Positions 14,492 to 28,287 of a stretch of 64,000 nt of DNA are shown here, piece after piece. Made by a program: the position numbers and the translations under genes. The DNA comes from Chrysomallon squamiferum. Its lineage: Eukaryota; Animalia; Mollusca. The notes beneath the pieces were generated by a model, which was given only the letters and a program-made list of their open reading frames with translations, was not told the origin of the DNA and ran no database searches. Numbering within the stretch: the first letter of the stretch is position 1; every line of letters starts with the position of its first letter. The stretch spans positions 20,770,001-20,834,000 of the forward strand of contig CM022671.1 of assembly GCA_012295275.1 (NCBI GenBank). The letters are read 5' to 3'.

Positions 14492-16897
14492 AATGTCTCC
14501 AAACAATTAAAATCTTGCCTTTCTTTGGATGTTTTAAAATAAAATACTTGTTAGTGTGGAGTAAAAACGATCATTATTAACGTCAGTGGCCATCTCGCAA
14601 TTTGTAAAAGCAATTCATCCCTGGAGATTAAAGAATAACATTTATTTCTTTTCCAAATTGTCCGCTCCGTACGTCAACACAGGCTGTAAGCACTCTCGAG
14701 AGAAAACCTATTTATTATCAAATATCGTATAATCAATTTTTCGTGGACATATGTTGAAACGAAATTAGCCGTAGGGTCGAACTCCGTTTAAGAAAGTTTA
14801 AGAAGTGGAAATTGGCTTAATGACTGATGATAGTGGCGTGGCTGAAGCCGTTTCGTCTGCGCCGCACACGATGCCTTGTTCCCTTCGCATTCGTGCTGAT
14901 AACACCATTGCATACATTGATCCGGATCGCCAATTGGTTGCTAATCCAGAATCTTCCACCAAAATCCCTGCCTGGAAAGAGTTCCAGTAGTTCAGTGGAA
15001 CATGGAATCGCTCTTGCCCCGTCTATTAAGGTCATAAATTGCATGCCCGCTCCCTTGTGACAATTGCTAGTTTGTTTAATTCGGCGTATAAAATACAAGA
15101 TGAGAAAGTCTATAATCGGCCGTCCAATTTAGCTTGCCATTCCCTGACAGCATATAAAGAATTTAAACCGACAGAGATTGAATCTTGGCTTCGGAAATGC
15201 AACGCCAAATTGCACATATGTGGTAAACGTTTCCAGTGGTTTATGGTACGTTTGACGCTCATAGACCCATTAACATTTATGGACGAAAAATATCAGAGAA
15301 TTACGAAAACTGTTAAACTATTATAGCGATTGAAATACTTTACCAAAGCTGAATTTTGTGAGAAAAAAATATCCATTGTTTTTGAATGCAATTATTATCA
15401 AACAAATGATTAAATGTTTTTGTTTCGCAATCATATTAACTATAGCCACAATCTTTTCTCAAATACAGAAATTAAACTTCACAAAACGATAATGAATTTT
15501 CATTCGATGTGGTTTATTTATTAACGGTCTAAATGATTTCAACATGAATCGTTTAGCTGTTAGCTGGTTGTTATTTGAAAATAATAATTTCAGGAACATC
15601 ACAGACATGCATTTGGAAGAGGAATATCATAAATGTTAATTCATTCGAAAGATCTGACTGCAAATTAATAATGTGTGTTAAGTTCATCATTTAAATGTAA
15701 ATATTCTTCTTATTGCATCTTTTAAGAAAGAATCATTGATTACTGAATACAAACGCGTCATTTACATGCCATCATACACAAATGAAACACGAAAGCTTTA
15801 TATTAATTCTTTAGCCCAGTAGTAATTAAATTAATATGTAGCACAGTTTCTTTTATTTTAATATTATTTTTAAAATGTAATGAACGTTAATTCATAGATA
15901 TCATTAATTCGAAATTAACCCTTTAGTGTTTAAAGCCTTTCAGTTCCTTAATTATATGAGCGAAGGAATCTGATAAATTCATAAAAACAACAAAAAAAAA
16001 AAAAATTAAAAATTAAAAAAATTAATAACATTTGGAAAAAAATATCCTTGTCTAGACCTGTACTCTTAGAGAAGATCTAGTTTTATTTTTGTAATGAGTA
16101 AACATTAACTAATTATAATCAGCGTCAAAAATCGACTAAAGTAACAATTTGGAAAACATTTGTTGCATGGAACTATCATAGCTTAAATGTCAGGATTCAA
16201 ATAATTTACTAATTCTTTAATCCAGTAACACTAGCTTTAATGTAGCATTACTGTATTATCAAATCTTCAACCGAGATCTCTGTAATAAATTACTCTATCG
16301 ATTACCTATTAACATTGTCTTTCATGTAGTCCTACATCATACATTCTCTTTTTACAATACTAATCCAATGATAGAACAAAACAATATTTTGAAAAATGTT
16401 TTATTATATCATTGCATGAAATGATAGCAACTAATAAATAAGTAAATCGATTTTTACACAACCTAGTTTTCTACATAATGATACTAGTCAAACGTAAATT
16501 TATATTTTGTTCTTAATGTATTGTTAAATTTTTTGATACTTCTTGCATACAAAGGATATGCAGAAAAACAACTGCTTTTCTTTTTCAGATACTAGCTAAG
16601 TAATAATGTAATGAACAACACAGGTATGCAGTGGGTAAGGGATATCAATTAAAATATGTTAATACTGTTGAATAAATGTATTCGTTCAATCATTCATTCA
16701 TTCGTTCGATCGATCCTTCCTTCCTTCATTCATTCATTCGAATTCATTATTCACACATTCATAACATTTATTAAAACTTCAAACACTATTCGATTAGCAA
16801 TTGCAGTCTATAGCTTCCGACTGCGATTTGCCTCTGTCATCATTGAAACTGGACGCTTTGTTTGCAATTCATCTTGTCTGTTTTTCTTTCATTGCAG

Positions 16898-16995
16898 TGC
16901 CGTCTGAACACATCAGACTCAATGTTCAACACCGACTGGGGGCCGGAACAACCACGGAAACCGAGACTGATCGAGACAGTCTTGCCTCGCTGTGA
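16898..16995 (+). CDS. mGluR gene 1: probable terminal coding exon (C-tail VPSEHIRLNVQHRLGAGTTTETETDRDSLASL*)
   Basis: Strong acceptor tttttctttcattgcag|. The phase-1 join to the 7269-7452 exon is in frame (G+TG=Val). The segment is GC-richer than its flanks and ends in ...SL*, reminiscent of the SSL termini of vertebrate group II mGluRs. AATAAA lies downstream at ~17477. Confidence 0.7.
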
Positions 16996-17144
16996 AATTG
17001 TCCAATCACGTTTCACTGACCCGATGCCTAATTCTTTGTGATGAGTGGTGCAATGGAAGACTGCGAGAATATGATATTTGTTATAGTAGCAAATTCAAAA
17101 GAAGAAACGTCAGAGAAATATAACACTGTGTACGTTTTATTTTG

Positions 17145-17357
17145 CTTTAAATATATTCGTCGATCTTTTGATATATATGTGCCAGGAATACAAACCCTCC
17201 ATCATACATGTATCTCTGTGTGTGTAAATAAATATATTCATACACACTTACACATACCTATACACACACACATGCATAGGTATATATATATATATCTTTA
17301 AATATATTCGTCGATCTTTTGATATATATATGTGCCAGGAATACACACACCATCATA
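17145..17357 (+). repeat. ~60-bp direct duplication in the probable mGluR gene 1 3'UTR
   Basis: ctttaaatatattcgtcgatcttttgatatatatgtgccaggaatac occurs at 17145 and at 17296. Confidence 0.85.
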
Positions 17358-18524
17358 GCTATATATATATATATATATATATATTTGACATATATTCATA
17401 TAGACATAAATAAACATAAACACAACATAAGCACATACTTCAAATACAAGAAATTACGAACGATTCAAAGCACGACAATAAAAGCGTTGTGATATTACTG
17501 TATAAACTCTCACTATAGATAATAATAATATTAATAGTGGTATGAGAAGAACTGTACATTTAATTCATATTTGGAATTTTGGTTTTTGACGTATTCTGGG
17601 AACTGCAAAACTGTGTCTGTGTTGGATCTACCTTTCGTTTTGAGTTTTCAGTGGCTGAGAGTTGCAATAAAAGAAGCAAAACAAAACAAACAAACAAAAC
17701 AACAACAGCAACACAAGATCATGACGCACAATTCGCGTGGCTTCTGCTTTTTCATTATCTTTCAACAATAATGATTAATATAATGTGTAGCACAAGATTA
17801 TTTTCTTGAATTATTTTTTTTTTTTAATGTTTTAATGGAATGAATGCACCCTACGAAATGTCTACTAATGATTACTGATAGTGGAAATATTATACTGATT
17901 ACCCGACAAAGACGAAACATTCAAATTATCAAGATGATAATGAAACGATATTTAAATATACCCCTGTCGTGCTTCTCATTCAAATTACGTAATAGATTTA
18001 TGGAATACATAGAGTTTATAAAAGAAGAAGATTCAATTACTCAGTCAAAAAAGACCTGAAGACTGTTATTAACGCCTGTCAAATGTGTATTTGTGACATT
18101 CTTTAATGAATGGTATAAACTCTACTCAGATTGTTCGTATTGATGTAATGTTACAGATACGTAGGCAGCTAGTTATCTGTTGATACGTCTGGGTACCCAG
18201 TATGAGCCAGGTAGACTAATAATTACTTCATTGGTACGTATTGTATTTCTGTTATTGTATCCTCTTCAGTAATAGGTTTATTCTGTTAGTGCTGCATTTA
18301 TAAATAAATATTGATTTAACAATATTTACCATGGTCAAAACCGATAATCATAACAAGAACATTTAGTTTTGCTTATTTATAACATGTGCCATTATGCAGA
18401 GATTTAAAATGCTTTTTCTTTTCTCTTAGTAATCACACATATATATACCTATATAAGAAATACTGAATGAAATTCTAGTAGGTATATGACATTTTATTTA
18501 CATTGTTTCCTGTTCTTGTTGTTG

Positions 18525-18620
<96 letters not shown>
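18525..18620. repeat. (CTA)n microsatellite
   Basis: Perfect trinucleotide run. Confidence 0.98.
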
Positions 18621-21600
18621 TTACTATTATTATTATTATTTATATAATTATCATTTCTTTTAATATTCAGTTAATTTTTTTTTGGTGGGGGTATAAATAA
18701 ATAATGTAGTAACAAATAACTCCAGACCAATTCAACTGGCTCACAGTTTATGAAATAAGACATTACTTTTTATGGCATCTGACATGGTATTTCATGGCAC
18801 TTCACATTACTAAATGCACCGCAAATATGATTTCCACATAAGAGTCACAGTTTTGGGACTTCTCGGATGTCAAAATGTACTTTCCTAACTAACCATGCAA
18901 GTCATTTTTGTTGGTTATTTCGCAGGAATTTTGCAAAATACCTATGACTGTGTATTTGTTCCTTGTTCTTAAAAATATGTGGGCAGCTCAGCCTAATTTC
19001 TTTAATGGCTTTGACGATGCTGATATGTCTCGGTATCCATTAGACCGTCTATGGAGATTGCCGCTGGCGATTATTGACCATGAGCGAAAATAGTCATCGC
19101 ATTTCCATCGCCATTAGACTGAGGACATCTCAGCCATTTTGTCTGACCCCACTCACTCTTTACGATTAACGTCGAATCGGCAGCTTTCCGCTTAACAGAA
19201 TTATTACGTTCTTACACGTTATGTATCAATTTGTTATATAAACACAAGTGCAAACTACAAATATAAGGCTAACGCAGATTCTGGACGAATCGTCTCAAAC
19301 AAGACTTTTGTAAATATACTCTGCTACTCTACTACAGCAAATCTGTAGAGTCGGACACAAATTTTAATCTACTTATTTAATAATAATAAAAAATAATTAA
19401 CCTCACCACTAGAAAGATGGGTATCATCTGATGGCAAAAATTTGAACCATGATAGAAGTATACCAGAACTGGACTGATGAAAACTCGATACGTTACATAA
19501 TAAAGATTCCATTATAACTCAGTTTATTGTGTCCTCTAAAGCAGTCTCTGATAGCACATAAGGAAGCAAAAAACATGTCATTTGTGGAGGTTACTAAAGG
19601 TTGGCCTACTCAAGAGTTAAGTTTAGAAAATGTCCGTCTTATAGATGATATATTTCACATAATCTGTGTTTGTCAAATTACGACTTCATATTTACAAAAA
19701 TTCAACGCGGTATATATCTTTTCATAAATAGATACAGTTTAGTACAAATAGCTAATTGCTAACTAGCGGTAATATAGAAATTTCTCCCATATCAAATACT
19801 TTATGTCTTTACCTGAAACAAACCCCCAAAAGCTATTTTGTATAACATAATTAGAATTCCCAAATAAATTCTTTATTCTAACCTTTTCTCTATGATGAAC
19901 ATTTTCTGGCTCGGTACATTGTATGGGTAAAATTCTGTATGTATACATACATATATATATATATATCAATTTTCATTATTCATTTGACGTTAGTTGCTTT
20001 AGTGATTAATAAAACGTAATGTTTACGACTGAATATTTTAAAAATACATTTTATACCCAGACATTCCAAACTAAAATGAAAATAAAAACCACAATAAACA
20101 GTAACACAGTTATTTTCAAATAATAGGTCAAGCTATAAGTAACGGTATTAAAAATACTACCACCATAACTCAAGATTTGTAGTGGTCTGTGTAAAAATAT
20201 AACTATTACAAATGAACGTTTTATCACTAATATTACAGCACTGTAATTGTTTTGTTATATTGTCACCTTGACTTACGCTTTAAAGTCTGAAATAAAAAAA
20301 GTCAAATGTGAAAATATTATACCTTTTTTTTTTTGGTTAACACTTTGAAAATTTATTGAGTTATTCTGTCGGTAGAAAACATAAATTATTGTTTGTATTG
20401 GTACTGTCACAAGAGAATTTTGGAATGATAGTAATTATAATAAAAATAATAAAACTGTATTAGATGTTTTGTTTTTATTTTTCTCTTTCTTTCAAATACA
20501 TTTTTGATACGAGAGATTAAAGAAAAACACTTTTTCAACGGTTAACATTAGTAGGTGCGAACACAGTCATACATACAAACATAGTACATACATGCATAAA
20601 TACATGCATACATATATACATACATATTTATATACATACATACATAATGTACATACAAATATATGACAAACATTTATATATACATGCAGACAGACATACA
20701 CATACAGACACACACACACACACAGAGACACATATATGTGTGTGTGTGGTGTTGTGCGTGTGTGTGTGTGCATGACATACACAAACAAATCAATACGAAT
20801 GTTCCATTACATCACTGGAAAAGAATAACAGAAATCTGACTTTCAAACCACCATTATAAGGGAAATAACCCTAACGAGCCCGTTTTTCCTCCAACGAGCT
20901 TTTCTCCCGAGCTACATCTCTTCTGACGCCCCAGTAGTTTCACATTCACCAATCTAAATCCATTTCTGTCATTACAAATATAATTCTTCAGAGTGCCTCC
21001 GTGTATATCTTTCTTCTGTTCATTACAACCGTGATTAAATTATTTTTCATCGATCTAGAAAGAAATGCAAGATAATTCCAAGATTATATTAGCTCTTTGC
21101 AATAATTTAAAAAAAAATATATATGGAAAGAGGGAGAAGAGAAAGAGGAAGATAATAATGATGTAAAAAAAAAAATCTAGAAAAAATCTTACATATTATC
21201 TGAATTACTAGCAGATTGGTTACATTGATTTAGTTGCGCCAGGAGTAGGTGAGGAATTGAAAGAAACCACGGGACTATTTCAGTCGAGATCTTAATCGAT
21301 CAACACCACTGTTTTTAATACATGGTGGAAACGAGACAAAAGAAGGTTAATTGTGGTCGTGCCATCAATACTAGTTTGATAATCCTTGAAAGAACTGTTA
21401 AATATTTCTTTTTTTCATTTGCTCTTGTTTTGTTTTATGATTTCTGCTTTAGGTCATTTACACGCCATGATTTTCATGACTTTTGGTCCTTCTAAATTCA
21501 GTAAAAAAAAAAATAAAATAAAAAAAAATAAAGAAAGCACATATGTTTTTTTTTATATTTTTAAAATTTCTTTATATTTCACTTAGACATTTTAGCAGTT

Positions 21601-22186
21601 CTTCTTGACCTTACATTTCTTCACATTTATAAGATCAGACACGTGAATCAGTAAACATAAGTAATCTCCCTGATAATTAGAAACAGTAGTTTTTTTGGTA
21701 TAATCTGTAGCGGCAAAGGTAAATAAGAATTTTTATATCTTTTCACCACGCAGTCTGTGTGCAAAGTCTTCTCAAAGAAGCAGCAGAATAATAATTTCAC
21801 TGACAAGAAGACATGATGGAACAGAAATTGATTTTAAAATTTGATTTACTGTTAAATAAGGATCTTTTATAATTTACAATCATTCTATAAATCTTGGCAG
21901 TGATGTTCATCGATGCATTCATTCATCATTGATTACAAACCAAAACTTTGATCATTCAAACATATACACACACATACATACATACATATATATACATACA
22001 TACATCCATACATCCATACAAACAAACATACATACATACATTCATACATACATATATACAAACATACCTATGTATGATCTATACCAGTCATTAAAATTCC
22101 AATAATTACTACCTTTCTTTTTGTCCGTACGTATATAAACATACACACATACATGTATATATATATATATATGTAGACAAACAGTG

Positions 22187-22190
<4 letters not shown>

Positions 22191-22249
<59 letters not shown>
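22191..22249. repeat. (TA)n microsatellite
   Basis: Seen directly. Confidence 0.95.
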
Positions 22250-22260
<11 letters not shown>

Positions 22261-22733
22261 CACATGTATACATATGTTTATATGAATGTATCTGTGTATG
22301 TATACACATGTTTGTATGTATGTACACATGCAACTATTATACAACAACACTGATTAAGCTGAGTGCAAAGTTCCGACAATAGATAAAAACACATTAATAT
22401 TCTCAGTCGGGAATCTTTTGTCGTTGTGTTTATCGAAAAATGACTTTGGATTACGTGCACACTGGATGAACTTCGGGTCAATACACGTTATTTCAGCGAT
22501 GTTGCATTCTGATTAGACAGTTCAAATATAAGTAAGGCTACATTAGTCTGAAACGTGGAGTGCAGCCATAGCGGCACGATTCCAATCGATCAAGCCAAAC
22601 TCTTGTCGTCAATGTAAAACAATAATTTTGTTTTCAAATGCTTATAATTTGTGTAATACTTGTTGATGGTTAATGGATGGTTCTCGTCAGACGTTCAATG
22701 CTTTCATCAGTGAATTCATGGACTAATGCTAAC

Positions 22734-22737
<4 letters not shown>

Positions 22738-22819
<82 letters not shown>
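22738..22819. repeat. (ATT)n microsatellite
   Basis: Seen directly. Confidence 0.95.
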
Positions 22820-23515
22820 CATAATCATCATCATCATTATTATGATTTCAAAAATCTCGTATTATTATTAATGAAAAATGTCAGACGTCCATACATTTGA
22901 GTTCTTTATTTCTTTATGTTTTTATTTTATTATTATTATTATTATTAATTTTTTTTTATGTGTATGTCGTTCGACTGTCTATACATCTTTCTTTATCAGT
23001 CTATCAGTCTGTCTGTTTGCTAGTGATCATGAATATTACTTTAAATTTCTAAATATTAATTCTTAAATAACACTGACATTGACAGTCATAATGTCGGGCT
23101 GTTTCTCTAGGGCACGGAACTGTCCAAAGTAATGAATGTTCACAGTATCAGTATTTTTTGGTGTTCATATACAGCTGTTTTCCGTACTAGCAAAGACTTC
23201 TTTATCAAAGGCCGTGGCATAAGTTTTCTTCTTGATGGTTGATGAACGTATATATTCGCTTGCATTTATGTAAAAAAAAAAATAAAAAAAAAAAGTAATT
23301 TATTGCGTCTTTTCTTTGCTTTTTTTTTTTTTCATGATGGTTGTAGTATGCTGTCTTTAAATTAACTAGACAAGTCCACTGAAAAAAAGGCAAAAAAGTA
23401 ATCAACCGTTTTATTTCTGCTGCGTATGATTTCGAAATTTTATCGTGTTCATTAAAAGAATGAATGATAGAAAAAAAATCAAAAACCAAACAGCAAAAAC
23501 AAACACGTAAAAAAC

Positions 23516-23548
<33 letters not shown>

Positions 23549-24240
23549 GCGCGCGCGCAGACATAAAAACAAAACAAAAAACAAACAACAATAAAAAAAA
23601 AAAAAAAAAAAAACAGAAGAAAATACACAAAAACTCCCATCAACAACAATAATAATAACAAATTAAATCCTTCAAAACGTAGATTTAAACGAAACCTAAA
23701 TATTTCTCTTTGATCACACCTTTTGTTATTCGATTCCTTTAAACAATTTCCGAGCCGTTTTATACAGCAATAATTCTTGAGCTAATTTTCTAACTGCCAT
23801 CAAAACTGTCACTAAAACTGTCTTCATTTCCCACGAGGCTTCATGTACGTACGTAACGAACCACTTGTAATACTGCACCAGCCAGGATGAGAAATCGAAA
23901 ACTTCAGGCAAATAACACAGCCTCGTAGACAGGTCTGTGATGTAGAGGTAATGCAGGCAAATTAAAAATATATTGTTTGATACCATAATGTCTCCTCTGG
24001 CTAAGACTAACAGCAGTTTTACTGCAGTTATCTGCACTCGCTTCTTTACAGCAGACTATTAAATAGGCAATAACAGCTACGAAATGCTGTTTGCACTGAC
24101 CTTTATTACACAATCTGTTATCTTCATCAGGTACCTAAATCTGCACATGTATCTAGAGAAAATAGACAAATAAATGGGTATAATAGCTGTACAGGGATTT
24201 GTTTAAATACATATTGGTTCCTGTAGTCAGCAAAGCTCTG

Positions 24241-24285
<45 letters not shown>

Positions 24286-25361
24286 TATATATGTGTGTGT
24301 GTGTGTGTGTGAGTGAGTGTGGGCGCGAGCATGTGTGTGTATGCATTTGTGTGTGTATTTGTATGTGTGTGTGTATTTGTGTGTGTGTTTGTATTTGTGT
24401 GTCTATACAAACTGATGGCTGTTTGAAAATCACGAAATGGATGTACACATATAACTGTGGCTATTGTTCGTCAGTAATATTCTTTTATTGCCTTCTTTTC
24501 GAGAAAACAACATGGCTATAAGTTATATGCATTCTTTTTTTGGTTTTGTCTGATGATAACAATTATTATTACCGTTTACTGTCTTATTGCACAACTCGAT
24601 CATTTTGTTCATTAACGGCACATAAACTAACATATCTAAACGTTTGACATTCAGATGTCTTCTCCAGTCCTACATTTCTGCATCTTACAGCGGCGGAAAC
24701 CCCTGCACTTATAATAAATCTGTATTTCGCTTGGTTCGTAAATATGACAAAACTTTCTAGAATGATCCAGATGAAAGCTGAAAATGCTTCTCCTTAATAC
24801 GAAACGGCGTCAACCGTCTACGTTATTGTTCACTGAACTCCACATGAAGCGACAGTAAAGGAGATTATTCATACTGGTGTAGGCTGACAGAACAAAACGG
24901 AGGTTACAGCACAACATGTCAGTGTTAACCTTTCGACAAAACGAATGTATGTTTTAAGACCAACACAAAACCAAATCGCTCACATGAGAGATGAGATAAC
25001 CTTTCTTTTTCTTTAAAACCATTTTTTTTTTTTTTTTTTGCATTTATACCTTCCTAATCGAATCCTATGGACTACGACATAACCATATAGATACTGATTG
25101 CAAGATATGTAGGTAGACAGATAAACAGATACATACATACATAGATATATATATACATAAACACAATACACACAATACATATATATATACACACACACAC
25201 GCACACACATATATACACACACACATACATATACTTAACAACGCACACACATCAGATAGAGAAAAAACAGACAAAAGAAATGGAGATAAATAAAAAATAA
25301 TAATAATAAAAATAAACAAGAACACTGAAACAAATTTTATATATAGGATGAACATAATAAC

Positions 25362-25424
<63 letters not shown>

Positions 25425-25793
25425 TAAAAATTCAAAATCAAAATCAACACAACAATTGATTTTTAATTTAAGCAAGCCCACACCTAATGCAAATAACACA
25501 CTTGAGGTGCTATTTTATAGCATGGAACTGTATTATTTTTCTTAACAATACAAAAACCCGGCAATATAGCTTCATGATTTCCATGGTGGAATTCACATCA
25601 AATAATCATCTTACCATTATACTCAGCAAACTGGAAACAACATCGATCAGTCTGCCTGGAATCGAACTAACTGAAATACGTCTTCGTTACAGCTAGAATT
25701 AATGTCGAGTTACCACACGTAATCATATGAATGACCTTTTAAAAATGTGCATACTGGACGAATAGCCAACTCACTGTGTCTGATATTTCTACT

Positions 25794-26285
<492 letters not shown>

Positions 26286-26937
26286 GGACTTATACCTTTT
26301 TTTTTATAAATCCTGTAACATCGATCAGTTAACGTCTGCCCATCTTTCAAAAGACTCCAAGCAAAAACATTTGATTCAAGTTTGCTAAGAAAAGAGAAAT
26401 CATCGATTCTTGACGTGTGCAATGTTGTAGGCAGCTTGGTGATTTACGACGTAACTTTGAAATCTATTTCTTCCTTTAGCTCGACACTAAGTTCGTGTAA
26501 TGTGTCGAAGTGAACCCCAGGGCATTGGAGAGCCCTTCCTATTCCAGCTATAAAAGTTTATTCAATCTTTTCTGAAAGTTCTCGCACTGAAAAAACCTTT
26601 AATCCATCCAAGAATAATGACTAGTGAACATTTTGTTTGTTTTACTTGCTCAAAGACAAGTGAGTACTGAAATAAAGTTGGGAATAAAATGTTGTGCAAA
26701 GATGTGTTTGATAGCGATGTTAAGTCTCTTTAGGTTCTGTTGTTTCATGTACAAAGACAAATATTACATTTTATTTAGAATTTGTCTAACTGAAGAACAT
26801 CAAAGAAAACAAAATCGGTAGTGTAATTAAAAAACTGATACGTTGGATTACTGTACCTTTATCATTAAATGAAGAATTAGAATTTGAGTCTCAAAATAAA
26901 TATTTAACAAATATTTTCAACGTGAATGATTATTAAT

Positions 26938-27052
<115 letters not shown>

Positions 27053-28178
27053 ATATGTATGTCTATTTAATTATTTTTTGCTAATTTATTCATTCCTACT
27101 TTATTTTCTATAATTATCTCTGTATTAGTCTCACGATCTTAAAAAAAAAGAAAAAAAAAAAAAAAAATTAGTTTCCTAACTTTCTTTAATTATTTATTTT
27201 GAGCAATTCGCAGAAAATAAAGATGAAACAGTAAATAAATAAATGAACGAATGAATGAATGCATAAATGAATAAAAAAATAAAATAAACTAAATTAGATC
27301 AACAGATATTTCCTGACAGATGCCAGACTTTCAGCACATTGTCATCAATTTCGTTGTGTGTTTTTTTCGATTCTTTTTTCGATTCTTTTTTCCCCGTTCG
27401 ACTGGGTAAGTTCCGCTGCGCGAGCAAGGAAGTGACGAATTAGACTGGAGTGAATTGGAGACATGTCCACCGATTTTACTATCAGATTAACGATTGTCAG
27501 TAACTGGACGTGTTTGATCGATAGCCTATGTAATCTTGGCAAGTGAAAAGGATGTGTCGGACGTTCAACGAAAAGGTCTTTCCTTGTTGCTGAACGAAGT
27601 ATTTTTTTTTTCTTTCCAAATTTAGTTCAGTTCAATGATACACACGCCATCAGCGTTTTGACGATGCCTTTTCAAAGAAACAAAGACAAGAGACTGTTTT
27701 CTCTATTCGATTTCGCTTGAAGAGTGTTTTGTTTGTTTATTGATTGTCATATATATTGTCCGAATAGGGCTAATTTTCGTTTAGACCAACACGAAATGGG
27801 CTACTTTCTGTCTAAAACAACAGCATGGTTACCATCGCTTCGTTAGTTGCTCATTCAACAGGCCGTGAATTTGCAACGGATCAAAGATTTTAATTCCGGC
27901 TTTGACGATAAGAACAGTTTAGAATCGAACAAAACACTGTGACAGGCTCAGCGTAAGATTGATGGAAGTTGGATGGATGTCCTGGCTAAGCAGAGACTTT
28001 TAGACAAATTAAAGTTGCTATATGTTAATAGATTTCTAAAACTTATGAAAGCTGACTTCTACATATTCACACTTGTATATGTCTGTGAGAGACAGACAGA
28101 GAGAAAGAGAGTCAGAAAGAGAGATAGTCAGAGAGAACCATTTCACTGTTTTTGCGTAACTGAAATACCTAATATATA

Positions 28179-28287
<109 letters not shown>

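Noticed and set aside
23726-24037. 103-aa minus-strand ORF with ordinary composition
   Set aside because: Non-ATG start, no recognisable domain and no clear splice context.
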